From the IMG/VR virus record IMGVR_UViG_3300030099_006944, positions 32,001 through 96,000 of that record: a stretch of 64,000 bases of DNA. One strand, given 5' to 3'. Shown piece after piece: positions 49,366 through 59,100 of this stretch. A program made the translations under genes and the position numbers. The notes below the pieces were generated by a model. The model was not told the DNA's origin. It ran no database searches and saw only the letters and a list, made by a program, of their open reading frames with translations. Position 1 is the stretch's first letter; each line of letters starts with the position of its first letter. Source of the DNA: a virus.

Positions 49366-50481
49366 ATGACAACTTATAAACCATTAAACCAAACAGATCA
49401 AGTCCAAACCCGAACGCTACTTCATGAAGCGATTCCCTTAACAGGATCTATTTCATCCGGATCATATACCGGAAACAACATCAAGAACTTTTCACATGGT
49501 ATGTTCCAATCAGTATATGATTATCCGTACCTCTCTTCTAGTGCCAATCATATATATGATATCACCTTTGGATACCACAGTGATTCTCCGTACTCTGGTT
49601 CTAGTAACACACAGAACGCAAAAAAGATAAACATCTACAATCAAATGGCACAAGTTTTAATGGGATATGATGTCAATGGTAATATTCAAAAATTTGATCA
49701 AGATGGAGATATTGCCGGTGGTGGCTCTAAAATACAGGAGGCAATATTTATAACTTTTTCTAGATTGCTTGTTAAAGATGAAATCAAAAAAGGTTCTTTT
49801 AATTTGACACTTGGAGTAAATCAGGCATATGGTAATCAAGATGGCTCTGTAATGGAGAAAAAGTTGTTGATCCATGATGCTTCTGGCTCTGATAGTTATT
49901 TTACCAACTCCCCAACAGGAGAGTATGGTATCCTGTATGCTACTGGTAGTACCACTGTTGGTACTGCTCCTACCACAAAAGGCATCAATACAGCATACCC
50001 AGTAGGTCTAATATTTTATCAAGCCGGGGTTGCTGTGATTAGTGGGTCTATTTTTATGGACGAAGCCGCAGGTGGTATTTTGCACAACAGCAATGCGGGA
50101 ACAATTCAATTTATGCCTGACAATCTTCACGGTGGTGACAATGGCTTTTTCGATCTGACAGGTTCTTCTATATCTGGTGCCGCGGAAGCATTGAGATTGA
50201 GAATAGATGACTTGTCATTTAACAACACGATCGAGCTTAACTCTTCGATTTATTTCTGTCGCGCATCTCATAATGAATTTAATTTTTCAAGTAATCCAAC
50301 TTATATCGATGGCGCCAAGATCAGAGTTAAAGGAACACAGGAAGACCCTCCTGTTGCCTATATCACAACTATTGGCCTGTATTCAGCAGACAGAGTGCTG
50401 TTGGCTGTTGGAAAACTATCAGAACCAATCCGCAAAGATCCAAGTATCGAACTAACATTTAGAGCCCGATTAGATTACTAA
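49366..50481 (+). CDS. Baseplate/tail-collar-like structural protein
   Basis: C-terminal YITTIGLYSADRVLLAVGKLSEPIRK..ELTFRARLDY, reminiscent of tail-collar/fibre attachment domains. Confidence 0.65.
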   Translation: MTTYKPLNQTDQVQTRTLLHEAIPLTGSISSGSYTGNNIKNFSHGMFQSVYDYPYLSSSANHIYDITFGYHSDSPYSGSSNTQNAKKINIYNQMAQVLMGYDVNGNIQKFDQDGDIAGGGSKIQEAIFITFSRLLVKDEIKKGSFNLTLGVNQAYGNQDGSVMEKKLLIHDASGSDSYFTNSPTGEYGILYATGSTTVGTAPTTKGINTAYPVGLIFYQAGVAVISGSIFMDEAAGGILHNSNAGTIQFMPDNLHGGDNGFFDLTGSSISGAAEALRLRIDDLSFNNTIELNSSIYFCRASHNEFNFSSNPTYIDGAKIRVKGTQEDPPVAYITTIGLYSADRVLLAVGKLSEPIRKDPSIELTFRARLDY

Positions 50482-51758
50482 TGTATAAGTATGAATTTAC
50501 AGATGAAGAAATATTTACAAATCGAATTAAAACCTATCCGGAGTTTAATTTATTTGTATATCAAGGAAATCTGTATGTAAACAAAGAGGTACCCAAAGCC
50601 GGAACGAAAGGTGGTATAGAGGTATACAACATAAACAGCAATAGATCTGGTGATCTAAAAGTCTACCCTTTTGTACAAGCTAATGGACACAAACAAGATT
50701 TCAGAAAAAGAAATCCGCAACCAATGGTTAAGTTGTTTTCTGAAAATTATGGCTATATTGGTCCGTACGAATTCATATCGAGTAGAAACTTTGCTGGCTT
50801 TCCAGCACAAGGAACAGTCACATCGTCATATTCAGAAGTGGTACCAATAACCCGAAGATCAACTTCGGCAGTTAGCAGCTATACTAGAAGTTATTTTGAT
50901 ATAGGCTCTGGTTCTACTGGTGTTGGTAATATCGCTCTACCAGTTACCATAAATACCACCGCATCGGCTCTTCAAACAGCAGCGAGGAAGTATAAATATA
51001 ATTCTCGACATTTTACTTTCAATTCCCCTGCTAAAGAGCTAAATAGAAACTTACTCACATCAGACATAAATTTTATTTTTATTCCGACGGTATATTACGG
51101 ATCTTCAATCAAACGAGGCTCTGTCATTCTAGACTATTATGTCACTGGATCTAAAATAGCATCATGTCATGACAAGAAAGAGAACGGAGAATTGTATGAA
51201 ACAACTGGGTCTGCTAGTGGGTCTGTTGTTGGTATCGTTCTTTATGATGAGGGAGTTATAATGCTAACAGGTGCAGTAGCCCAAGGCACAAACAACTCTA
51301 TTCAGTATGTTTCAGGTAGTCCCTCTACTAACACTTGGATGCACTATGGAACCACCATGAACGATGGCGTGGTACCTTCTCTTTCCAATAGAACATTGGC
51401 TTCCGCTAGTTTTGGATTGAATTTCAAAGGAACTAGTTATGTCAATACACTAACGATGCTAGCAAAAGCGCCCAAAGGTCATCTTAACCACTCGAACAAT
51501 CCCACGTATAAGAAAAAAACCGCACCAGAAAATACAATAGCAGTGACGGGTAGTGGACTATATTATGAACCCTCATCAAAAATTGCAAATGTTGTGACCT
51601 CGTCATATACGTCTGCTTCTTTTGAAAAAGTAACTTACATATCGAAAATTAAAGTCTATGATGACAATTACAATTTAATTGGGGTTGCAACAATGGCCAA
51701 GCCAATTAAGAAAACAGAAGATAAAGAATATATTTTTAAATTAAAACTTGACATATAA
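50481..51758 (+). CDS. Baseplate/tail-collar-like structural protein, paralog of 49366-50481
   Basis: IKRGSVIL, GIVLYDEGVI, C-terminal YISKIKVYDDNYNLIGVATMAKPIKK..EYIFKLKLDI. Confidence 0.65.
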   Translation: MYKYEFTDEEIFTNRIKTYPEFNLFVYQGNLYVNKEVPKAGTKGGIEVYNINSNRSGDLKVYPFVQANGHKQDFRKRNPQPMVKLFSENYGYIGPYEFISSRNFAGFPAQGTVTSSYSEVVPITRRSTSAVSSYTRSYFDIGSGSTGVGNIALPVTINTTASALQTAARKYKYNSRHFTFNSPAKELNRNLLTSDINFIFIPTVYYGSSIKRGSVILDYYVTGSKIASCHDKKENGELYETTGSASGSVVGIVLYDEGVIMLTGAVAQGTNNSIQYVSGSPSTNTWMHYGTTMNDGVVPSLSNRTLASASFGLNFKGTSYVNTLTMLAKAPKGHLNHSNNPTYKKKTAPENTIAVTGSGLYYEPSSKIANVVTSSYTSASFEKVTYISKIKVYDDNYNLIGVATMAKPIKKTEDKEYIFKLKLDI

Positions 51759-51776
51759 CTGTTAGTATGTTATAAT
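51748..51776 (+). promoter_or_regulatory. Perfect-consensus sigma70 promoter
   Basis: TTGACA (51748-51753), 17 nt, TATAAT (51771-51776), TGn extension; the -35 box lies within the last codons of the upstream gene. Confidence 0.85.
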
Positions 51777-51782
51777 ATATAT

Positions 51783-52286
51783 ATGATACTCGGAATAGAT
51801 ATAAGCACATCTAAGATTGGATACTGTGTTGTGGACTCACAACAAAATTTAAAGGAAGTTAATTTTCTTAAATTCAAAGACGGAACTCTTGAAGAAAGAG
51901 CACAGAAGTTTTATTTGGGAGAACTGAGAAGACTTAAATATACCTATAATATAACGCACATACGCATAGAAGAACCCTTTACAATGTTCTCAGGTGGTAA
52001 AACGACTGCTGGTACCATGAGTAAGTTGCAACGCTTTAATGGTATGATTTCGGTCCTCGCATACACCCTGTTTAATCTACAACCCGAACTTGTTCCGTCA
52101 AGATCAGCCAGATCAAAGTGCGGAATCAAAATCAAAAGAGGCGAGAACACGAAGAAAAAAATCATTGAATGGGTTGAAAATAAATACCCAAAAGACTTCA
52201 TAGTCGAATTAACCCGCCATGGGAATCCCAAACCCGGCACAGATGACATGGCTGATTCAATTGTCGTTGCTTTGTCTCACTTTTAA
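51783..52286 (+). CDS. ruvC: RuvC-like Holliday junction resolvase
   Basis: MILGIDISTSKIG (Asp), IRIEEP (Glu), DDMADSIVVA (Asp pair). Confidence 0.85.
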   Translation: MILGIDISTSKIGYCVVDSQQNLKEVNFLKFKDGTLEERAQKFYLGELRRLKYTYNITHIRIEEPFTMFSGGKTTAGTMSKLQRFNGMISVLAYTLFNLQPELVPSRSARSKCGIKIKRGENTKKKIIEWVENKYPKDFIVELTRHGNPKPGTDDMADSIVVALSHF

Positions 52287-52325
52287 CATTTTAACATACT
52301 AATTTATCATGCACTAGGAGGACAC

Positions 52326-52871
52326 ATGGACATGATTACCGTACTTATACCCGGCGGGTTTAAGCCGCCACACGTAGGGCACTACAAATTTTTTATGCAT
52401 TACATAAACAACCCAGAAGTATCTGAGGTTAGAATTTTCTGTGGAGAACGTCAACGCAAAGTTGGCGATGATTTTGCAGTATCCATAGAGCAAGCAGAAG
52501 CTGTTTTGAAGGCTTATGGTATCTTGGATAACCCAAAGGTCATCTATCAACGCGCGAAGGTCAGAAAGACCCCTAACGGCCATTATACAAACCCTTTTAC
52601 TGATGTGTATGATTGGGCTGAGGAGAATTACAACAAAACAGAGAACCAAATCTCCCTTGGGCTTTCATCAAAAGACACAGGATATCAAGCAGGTTTCTTG
52701 GGCTATTTCAAATCATTTGCCAATATCGTTGAGATCCAACACACCTACGAGCAAGAACACCTCGTTTCCGCGACAGAGTTCCGAGAAGCCCTGGCGGCTG
52801 GTAAACCAATCGGGGAATTTATACCAGATCACGTTTCGGAAGAGGAAATAAAGAAAATTTTTACTAATTAG
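52326..52871 (+). CDS. HIGH-motif nucleotidyltransferase (cytidylyltransferase-like superfamily)
   Basis: IPGGFKPPHVGH and VSATEFREAL motifs; AGGAGG RBS; ACTAATTTAT at 52298-52307 upstream. Confidence 0.8.
   Translation: MDMITVLIPGGFKPPHVGHYKFFMHYINNPEVSEVRIFCGERQRKVGDDFAVSIEQAEAVLKAYGILDNPKVIYQRAKVRKTPNGHYTNPFTDVYDWAEENYNKTENQISLGLSSKDTGYQAGFLGYFKSFANIVEIQHTYEQEHLVSATEFREALAAGKPIGEFIPDHVSEEEIKKIFTN
52863..52871 (+). promoter_or_regulatory. Candidate late-promoter motif ACTAATTAG
   Basis: Overlaps the stop of the nucleotidyltransferase, just upstream of the first leader-bearing ORF. Confidence 0.45.
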
Positions 52872-52888
52872 TAGGACGAGGGGCCGCT

Positions 52889-53299
52889 GTGAAACTAACA
52901 GAAGCAAAATTAAAAGAATTAATCTTAGAAGTAATGGGAGAGCCATTGCCCGAAATGATAACCGATTTACTGGATACCAATGATCCCGAAAATGTAGTGT
53001 ATGCCATTGAGTTATTTCAAGCGTTGGGCGATCCGGATAATAAAGATGAGATTGAGGCTACAATAATCAGTCCGACTTCAATAAGCATAAGTGGGAACTC
53101 TCTCGGGGCAGTTGGCAAACTCTTTAAAAGACTAGGATTAAAAGCAGGCCATGGTGGCCTTGCCGGAGATGATGGGAGACCATTTATAACAGCAGATCTT
53201 TATCCCAACGAACCAGAGCCCGAAGAAGAAGGAGGCGAAGATGCGCCTTATTATGACAGTTCTAGTGAATGGAAATCAAATGTTCGTCCAAAACGGTAA
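52889..53299 (+). CDS. Hypothetical protein with shared N-terminal leader (putative internal virion protein)
   Basis: GTG start, MKLTEAKLKELILEV. Confidence 0.7.
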   Translation: MKLTEAKLKELILEVMGEPLPEMITDLLDTNDPENVVYAIELFQALGDPDNKDEIEATIISPTSISISGNSLGAVGKLFKRLGLKAGHGGLAGDDGRPFITADLYPNEPEPEEEGGEDAPYYDSSSEWKSNVRPKR

Positions 53300-53305
53300 A
53301 TAATT

Positions 53306-54598
53306 ATGAAACTAATAGAAGCAAAATTGAGAGAATTGATATGTGAGGTGCTTAATGAATCTAGATTCAATAAGAAAGCTTCCTCGGGAGTATTAGGTAT
53401 GAAACGAGGTGATGATGTTTCTAAGTCTTATTATAAAAAATTAGAAAAAGAAAAAAATGAAAAAATTGTGAGATATAGGCGCAAACTTGAGTTGACGTGC
53501 TCAGGTGGAAAGAAGACTGCTTGTGAAGAATTAAAAAACGTCGATGCCTACTTGGCTAGCCTAGAAGATAAAGGTGCGATGCCTGTTCCGACTCCTAAAT
53601 CAATTCGCAATATTGAAGCATCGACTTTTTCGGCCAAAAGAATTCGCGCTTATATGGAAAAAGTAATGGAAAACCATCCAGACCCAGAATGGCGCGAAGG
53701 ATTTAAATTTTCTTTTCGATTGCGCTTTTCCGCTCAACTTAGTGAACCCCCAAGTGATGGTCAATTGCCTTTCTCTGGTGTCAGACAACCGCCTCATTGG
53801 CTATTCGATCCCGGACTAGTTCGGCCTAAGAAATTTAGACACCTTGAAGAATCGGACTTTAGGCCCGAACTTGATGCAGAAGGTGAGCGTGAAGAAAGAG
53901 AAAGACTAGCGATGGACCAACGAGGCAGGAGAATGAGAGCGTACGCTCGCATCCCAATGTCTGATAAATGGGATGATTGGGAAAACAGGCACAGTTTCTA
54001 CATTGCTAAAGATAAAGAGCGCGGTGAGTTTGGGAAGCATTCTACTTTAGATTACTATTTGTGGTCCCGTATCCCAATGGAAGAATTAACCTTGCATCAC
54101 TTTGGAGACTACTGGGAACTGGATCCCGGCGACACACAAGGCCATGAAGAATATTATGTTGTAAAAAGATTGATTAGTCCAACTGGTGATGAACGTGCTT
54201 ACCAAGATGCAATGGGTGACGCGGGTCTAACAGAGTCAGTTTTAAAACAGTTAATCTATGAAACTCTGGAAGATGAAAGGGGAATCGATGGGCTGATAAA
54301 ATCAGGAGAGTGGGAAAATATTAACACAGCACTATCCCTCACGGTTGATGTCGGTTTGCCATTAGAAGAGTTGCCTTGGGATCTTCTGCCAATGAGTATT
54401 ATGGCAGAAGATGACTTGGTAGAGTTAGCGCGCTATTTATTAGATCTAAAAGGTTGGGAGGAACCAGGTCATAGTGATCCGGTCGGTAGGATGTTGCGCC
54501 ACGGCATCAAGGGAATGGTCGGAAAATTTCCTAGGATAGGCCGACAATATGCAGTCATGGCAATTAAAAAAATATTGGGACTTAGCCTCAGACCTTAA
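53306..54598 (+). CDS. Mosaic hypothetical protein with N-terminal and internal leader motifs
   Basis: MKLIEAKLRELICEVLNE at the start; internal LTESVLKQLIYETLEDE at ~54227. Confidence 0.7.
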   Translation: MKLIEAKLRELICEVLNESRFNKKASSGVLGMKRGDDVSKSYYKKLEKEKNEKIVRYRRKLELTCSGGKKTACEELKNVDAYLASLEDKGAMPVPTPKSIRNIEASTFSAKRIRAYMEKVMENHPDPEWREGFKFSFRLRFSAQLSEPPSDGQLPFSGVRQPPHWLFDPGLVRPKKFRHLEESDFRPELDAEGEREERERLAMDQRGRRMRAYARIPMSDKWDDWENRHSFYIAKDKERGEFGKHSTLDYYLWSRIPMEELTLHHFGDYWELDPGDTQGHEEYYVVKRLISPTGDERAYQDAMGDAGLTESVLKQLIYETLEDERGIDGLIKSGEWENINTALSLTVDVGLPLEELPWDLLPMSIMAEDDLVELARYLLDLKGWEEPGHSDPVGRMLRHGIKGMVGKFPRIGRQYAVMAIKKILGLSLRP

Positions 54599-54621
54599 TA
54601 TATTAAATTTTAAAAAAATAC

Positions 54622-54649
54622 TTGACAAATCCTCTCAACGTGTTACATT
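54622..54649 (+). promoter_or_regulatory. Sigma70-type promoter upstream of primase
   Basis: TTGACA (54622-54627), 16 nt, TACATT (54644-54649) with TGn; AT-rich UP-like tract upstream; GAGGA RBS before the ATG at 54667. Confidence 0.65.
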
Positions 54650-54666
54650 ATAAAAGAGAGGACAAC

Positions 54667-55602
54667 ATGAATAACAAACGACAGATAATAACCGACATAC
54701 TCGGTTCCTATCGCCGTGCAGGCGATGAACACTTATATCACTGCCCATTTTGCAAACACCACAAGAAAAAGATGTCGGTCAACTTTTCGATCAACTCTTA
54801 CAAATGTTGGGTTTGTGATGCTAGGGGTAAAAACATTTACCGACTTGTAAGAAAGTTTGGCAACTACCAGCAAAGACAAAAGTATCTGGAATTACAAGGC
54901 AGACTCGATCTTACAGAGTTTGAAGATATATTCAAAGAAATCAACGAACAGGAAACAATTCAAAAAATTGATTTACCTTTGGAGTTTATATCACTATGTA
55001 ATAAACACTTGCCACTACATTCTCAGACGCCTTTGGAATACCTCAAAACGAGGGGGATAGGTAAAGCTGAGATTTTACGCTGGAAGATGGGTTACTGCAA
55101 GGAGGGACGTTACAGTGGAAGAATTATTATCCCGTCTATCAACAACGATGGGGATTGTAATTATTTTATTGCCCGTTCTTATGTTGGGCATGGTCGTCGG
55201 TACCTTAATCCTCCGTGCGGTAGAGACATTGTCTTTAACTCTCTTATGGTTGACTGGGATGAGCCTGTTGTACTGGTCGAAGGTGTTTTTGATGCTATTG
55301 TTGTTGGAGACAATGCTATACCTATTCTTGGGTCAACGCTCCGAGAGGATTCCCGCCTTTTTCAGGCGTTAGCAATTCATGATACTCCGGTTTATGTAGC
55401 GTTAGATCCGGATGCTGAAAAAAAAGCACAGTGGATTATCAAGTCTCTTATGAGATACGACTTGGAAGTTAAAAAAATAAATTTAGAGGAATATGAAGAT
55501 ATTGGCTCAATGTCTAAGCAGGTTTTTCTAGAAAAATTACAAAATGCAGAGGAAGTAGACAGTGATATGTACTTCCTAGAAAGAATATTAAAAAGTATAT
55601 AA
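54667..55602 (+). CDS. DNA primase (zinc finger + TOPRIM)
   Basis: CPFCKHH...CWVCD zinc finger; GRIIIP; VLVEGVFDA and ALDPDA TOPRIM acidic motifs. Confidence 0.9.
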   Translation: MNNKRQIITDILGSYRRAGDEHLYHCPFCKHHKKKMSVNFSINSYKCWVCDARGKNIYRLVRKFGNYQQRQKYLELQGRLDLTEFEDIFKEINEQETIQKIDLPLEFISLCNKHLPLHSQTPLEYLKTRGIGKAEILRWKMGYCKEGRYSGRIIIPSINNDGDCNYFIARSYVGHGRRYLNPPCGRDIVFNSLMVDWDEPVVLVEGVFDAIVVGDNAIPILGSTLREDSRLFQALAIHDTPVYVALDPDAEKKAQWIIKSLMRYDLEVKKINLEEYEDIGSMSKQVFLEKLQNAEEVDSDMYFLERILKSI

Positions 55603-55613
55603 TTGGAGGACTA

Positions 55614-55916
55614 ATGTTATTTTATATTTTCATGGCATGCCATCAGCCATTAGAAACAACAGGGCAAACCGTAGAAATACCCAAAGAAGCATACGAATGG
55701 ACTTGTCGCGACAGACAAGAACATAGCGAGATAGAAATAACAGCAGGGGTATGCAATGAATTTGAAACCTTAGAAGTATCAGTTTCGTTGATCAACGAGG
55801 GTGACTTTCAAGAAGAAATGTATCATGAAGGTGGCTGTTGGTGGTCGGCTTTTATAATACAGGAAGAAAACTGCATAGAAATAGAGAATATTATTATAAC
55901 AGCGAAGGCGTTATGA
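55614..55916 (+). CDS. Putative small lipoprotein
   Basis: GGAGG RBS; very short hydrophobic N-terminus ending in MAC (lipobox-like); acidic body with additional Cys. Confidence 0.5.
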   Translation: MLFYIFMACHQPLETTGQTVEIPKEAYEWTCRDRQEHSEIEITAGVCNEFETLEVSVSLINEGDFQEEMYHEGGCWWSAFIIQEENCIEIENIIITAKAL

Positions 55917-56125
55917 AAACTTTAGATTTACATGGAATGACGCATTCAGAGGCCGAAGCGGCATGTCATTTCTTTATCAATAACAATTGGGGTGAAGAAA
56001 TGAGAATCATCACAGGCAATTCTTTTTTGATGAAAGAGATTGTATGCCAAGTGCTAATATTTTATAAATTAGATTTTACACTTGACAACCCATACAACAT
56101 GGGTTATATTATAGTAAGAAAGTAA
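55913..56125 (+). CDS. Stand-alone Smr (small MutS-related) domain protein
   Basis: MKTLDLHGMTHSEA...RIITGNS Smr signature (LDLHG, IITG); ATGA overlap sets the start at 55913. Confidence 0.8.
   Translation: MKTLDLHGMTHSEAEAACHFFINNNWGEEMRIITGNSFLMKEIVCQVLIFYKLDFTLDNPYNMGYIIVRK
56082..56110 (+). promoter_or_regulatory. Sigma70-type promoter embedded in the Smr gene 3' end
   Basis: TTGACA (56082-56087), 17 nt, TATATT (56105-56110); GGAGG RBS before 56136. Confidence 0.7.
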
Positions 56126-56135
56126 TGGAGGACAT

Positions 56136-59100
56136 ATGACTACTTTTGCACACATATCGGACACTCATATCCGAAACGTTAAATATCACGAAGAATACAG
56201 AAAGGTATTTAAAGATATATATGAGAGCTTAGAAAACGACAAACCAGATTATATTATACACACCGGTGACATTGCTCACACAAAGACACAATTGTCTCCG
56301 GAATATTTTGAACTTTGCGCAGATTTTCTCAAAAATTTAGCAGATATTGCGCCAACTTATATTATTTTAGGAAACCACGATGGTAACCTCAAAAACGACA
56401 ATCGACAGGATGCAATTACCCCAGTAATTGAAGCACTACAACATCCAAACTTGTTTTTGTTAAAGAATTCAGGCGAGACCCAATTGACAGACTCGATCTG
56501 CCTAAATGTCCTCTCTGTGTTTGATCGGGACAATTGGGTAACTCCCACTGATAAATCCATGGTAAACATTGCGCTTTACCATGGTGCTATCATGGGGTGT
56601 GAAATAAATGAAGAATGGAATCTCGAAAATGGCGAAGATGATATTAATATATTTACAAACTTCGATTACGCTATGTTGGGCGATATCCACAAAACACAAA
56701 AGTTAGACCCGGACGGTCGAGTTTGGTATGCCGGCTCTACTGTTCAGCAAAACTTTGGCGAGTCTTTGATGAAGGGTTATCTTTTGTGGGATATCCGAGA
56801 TCAAGAAACATTTAGTGTTGAAAAAAGATTATTTATGTCTCCTCGACCATTTTATACTGTTGAGATAAATCAAGACGGAACTTTACCAAAAGTTAACGTA
56901 CCAAAGAACGCTAGACTCAGATTGGTGTCAAACTACAATCTACCGTTGGTAAAATTAAGAATGGCATGTGATTATGCAAATGCAAAATGGAATCCGTATA
57001 CAATAAATTTTGTTAACAGGGCAGGGTACACTGAATCCTCTGTTGTGCAAAACGATGGTAAGAACATTAATATGCGAGACCAAAATGTTCAAGAGAAATA
57101 TATCAAAGCATTTCTTTCCGATAAAGAAATTACCAAGGATGTCTTAGATAGAGTTTTAGAACTTAATCGGGAATATTCTAAGCAAATCAAAGGATCAGAA
57201 GATGTTTCTAGAAATATTGTTTGGAAACTTCGTAAAATGAAATGGAACAATCTATTTAACTACGGCGAAAAGAATGAAATTGATTTTGATAAGCTAAATG
57301 GGCTTGTTGGGATCTTCGGCAAAAACTATTCTGGAAAGTCCAGTATCATTGATGCGGCACTTTTTGGCTTATTTAACACTACGTCCAAAGGAGAGAGAAA
57401 AAATGTTCACATCGTTAATCAAAATCGCGACAAAGCTAAGTGTCAACTTGAGATCGGAGTCGGTGATGATACCTACAAGATTACAAGAAACCTCGAAACC
57501 TACCAAAAGAAACTAAGAGGCAAGGAAACAAAAGAAGTAAAAACTGAATTGGATTTTACTAAATGGGCACTTGGACAACACGCTGAGAGTAAAAACGGCA
57601 CCACTCGTAACGAAACAGACGAGATTATTCGTAAAACATTTGGAAACTACAATGACTTTATGATAACTTCAATGGCCTCTCAGATGGATGCGTTTGGTTT
57701 TATTAACGAGGGATCCACAAAACGCAAAGAGATTCTTGCAAAGTTTCTAGATTTGAAAATGTTCGAAGAGAAACATAAATTAGCGAAGAAAGACTCAGCA
57801 GAAAAGAAAGGCGTAATAAAACACCTCAACTCAACCGATTGGAGAAAGAAGTTAAAATGGAATCAAGAAGCGTTATCTGAGATTTTAGAAGATATAGCAG
57901 ATCAGGCAGATTTGTGTGATAAGCACACTAAAAGAATCAATGTTCTTCGAGAAGAACAAAGGGTAATAAAAGATCAGATTACAACTGTCGGTACCGATTC
58001 GATTGATATAAAACAATTAGAAAAAGACCTCAAAAAGAAGCAAAAACAGCTTGCAACAGCCTCACAAGTAATCGAGAAGGGTCTTGATAGGTTAAGTGCC
58101 CAAGAGAGTCTACAAAAGCAATTACGGTCGTTTATTGAAGACTTTGATATCACAACTTGTGAAGACCAGATCGAAAAACATAAGGGTCTTTTGAAAGATA
58201 TTTCAATTATAGAAAGGAACATTCGTTCAACTAAGATGGAAATAGACAACTATCAGAACAAAATCGATTTACTACATGATCACGAATATGATCCAAATTG
58301 TAAGTACTGTCGCGATAACCAATTTGTCAAAGAAGCGGAACAAGCAAGAACCCTAATCGAAGAGTCACGGAAGACTTTGTGCGCCTTCGAGAGTGATTTG
58401 ACAGAGGCCAACAAGAAGAAACAAGCTATCAATATCACTTATTTAAAAGCTGAATTGGAAGATTACAATTTAAAGTTTAGAGAGGTAAAAACAAATGAAG
58501 TTAAGATCAAAAGTATTAAGTCGGAAGTGTCGGCAAGCAAGAGTAAAAAGGCTCTTACGGAAAAAGAGATCGAAGAGATCAAAACAAAGATCTCACACTA
58601 CTATGAAAACCAAGAGGCGTACGATAATTTGGAATCCTTGCAGAGAGATCTTAAAGCAATCAAATTAACCATATCCATGAAGATGAATGATCTCGAAAGA
58701 TGCAACAAGAAGGTTCTCAAACTAATGTCGGAAGAAGGCACCACTCGTCGCCTGATTGAAGAAGCCAAAGAGCACATTCAACAAATAGTAGATGCTGAGA
58801 ATGAGTTTATTGCTTATGATTTGTACATACAAGCAATGCATGCTAACGGAGTCTCATATCAGGTTATTAAGTCAATGTTGCCAATTATAAATAAAGAGAT
58901 TTCTTCTGTTCTAAATACAATTGTTGATTTCGAGGTTTTCTTTGACAATATCGATAATAAATTGGAAATTTACATTAAACATCCAAAATATGACCCTCGC
59001 CCATTATCAATGGGATCAGGAGCAGAGAAGACAATTGCTTCAATGGCAATACGTCTAGCCTTAATATCAATCACCAATTTACCAAAAAGCGAACTATTTA

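Noticed and set aside
14992-51758. Bacterial extracellular contractile injection system or T6SS instead of a phage
   Set aside because: The flanking terminase, primase, Mre11-Rad50, resolvase and gp55-like sigma identify a phage genome.
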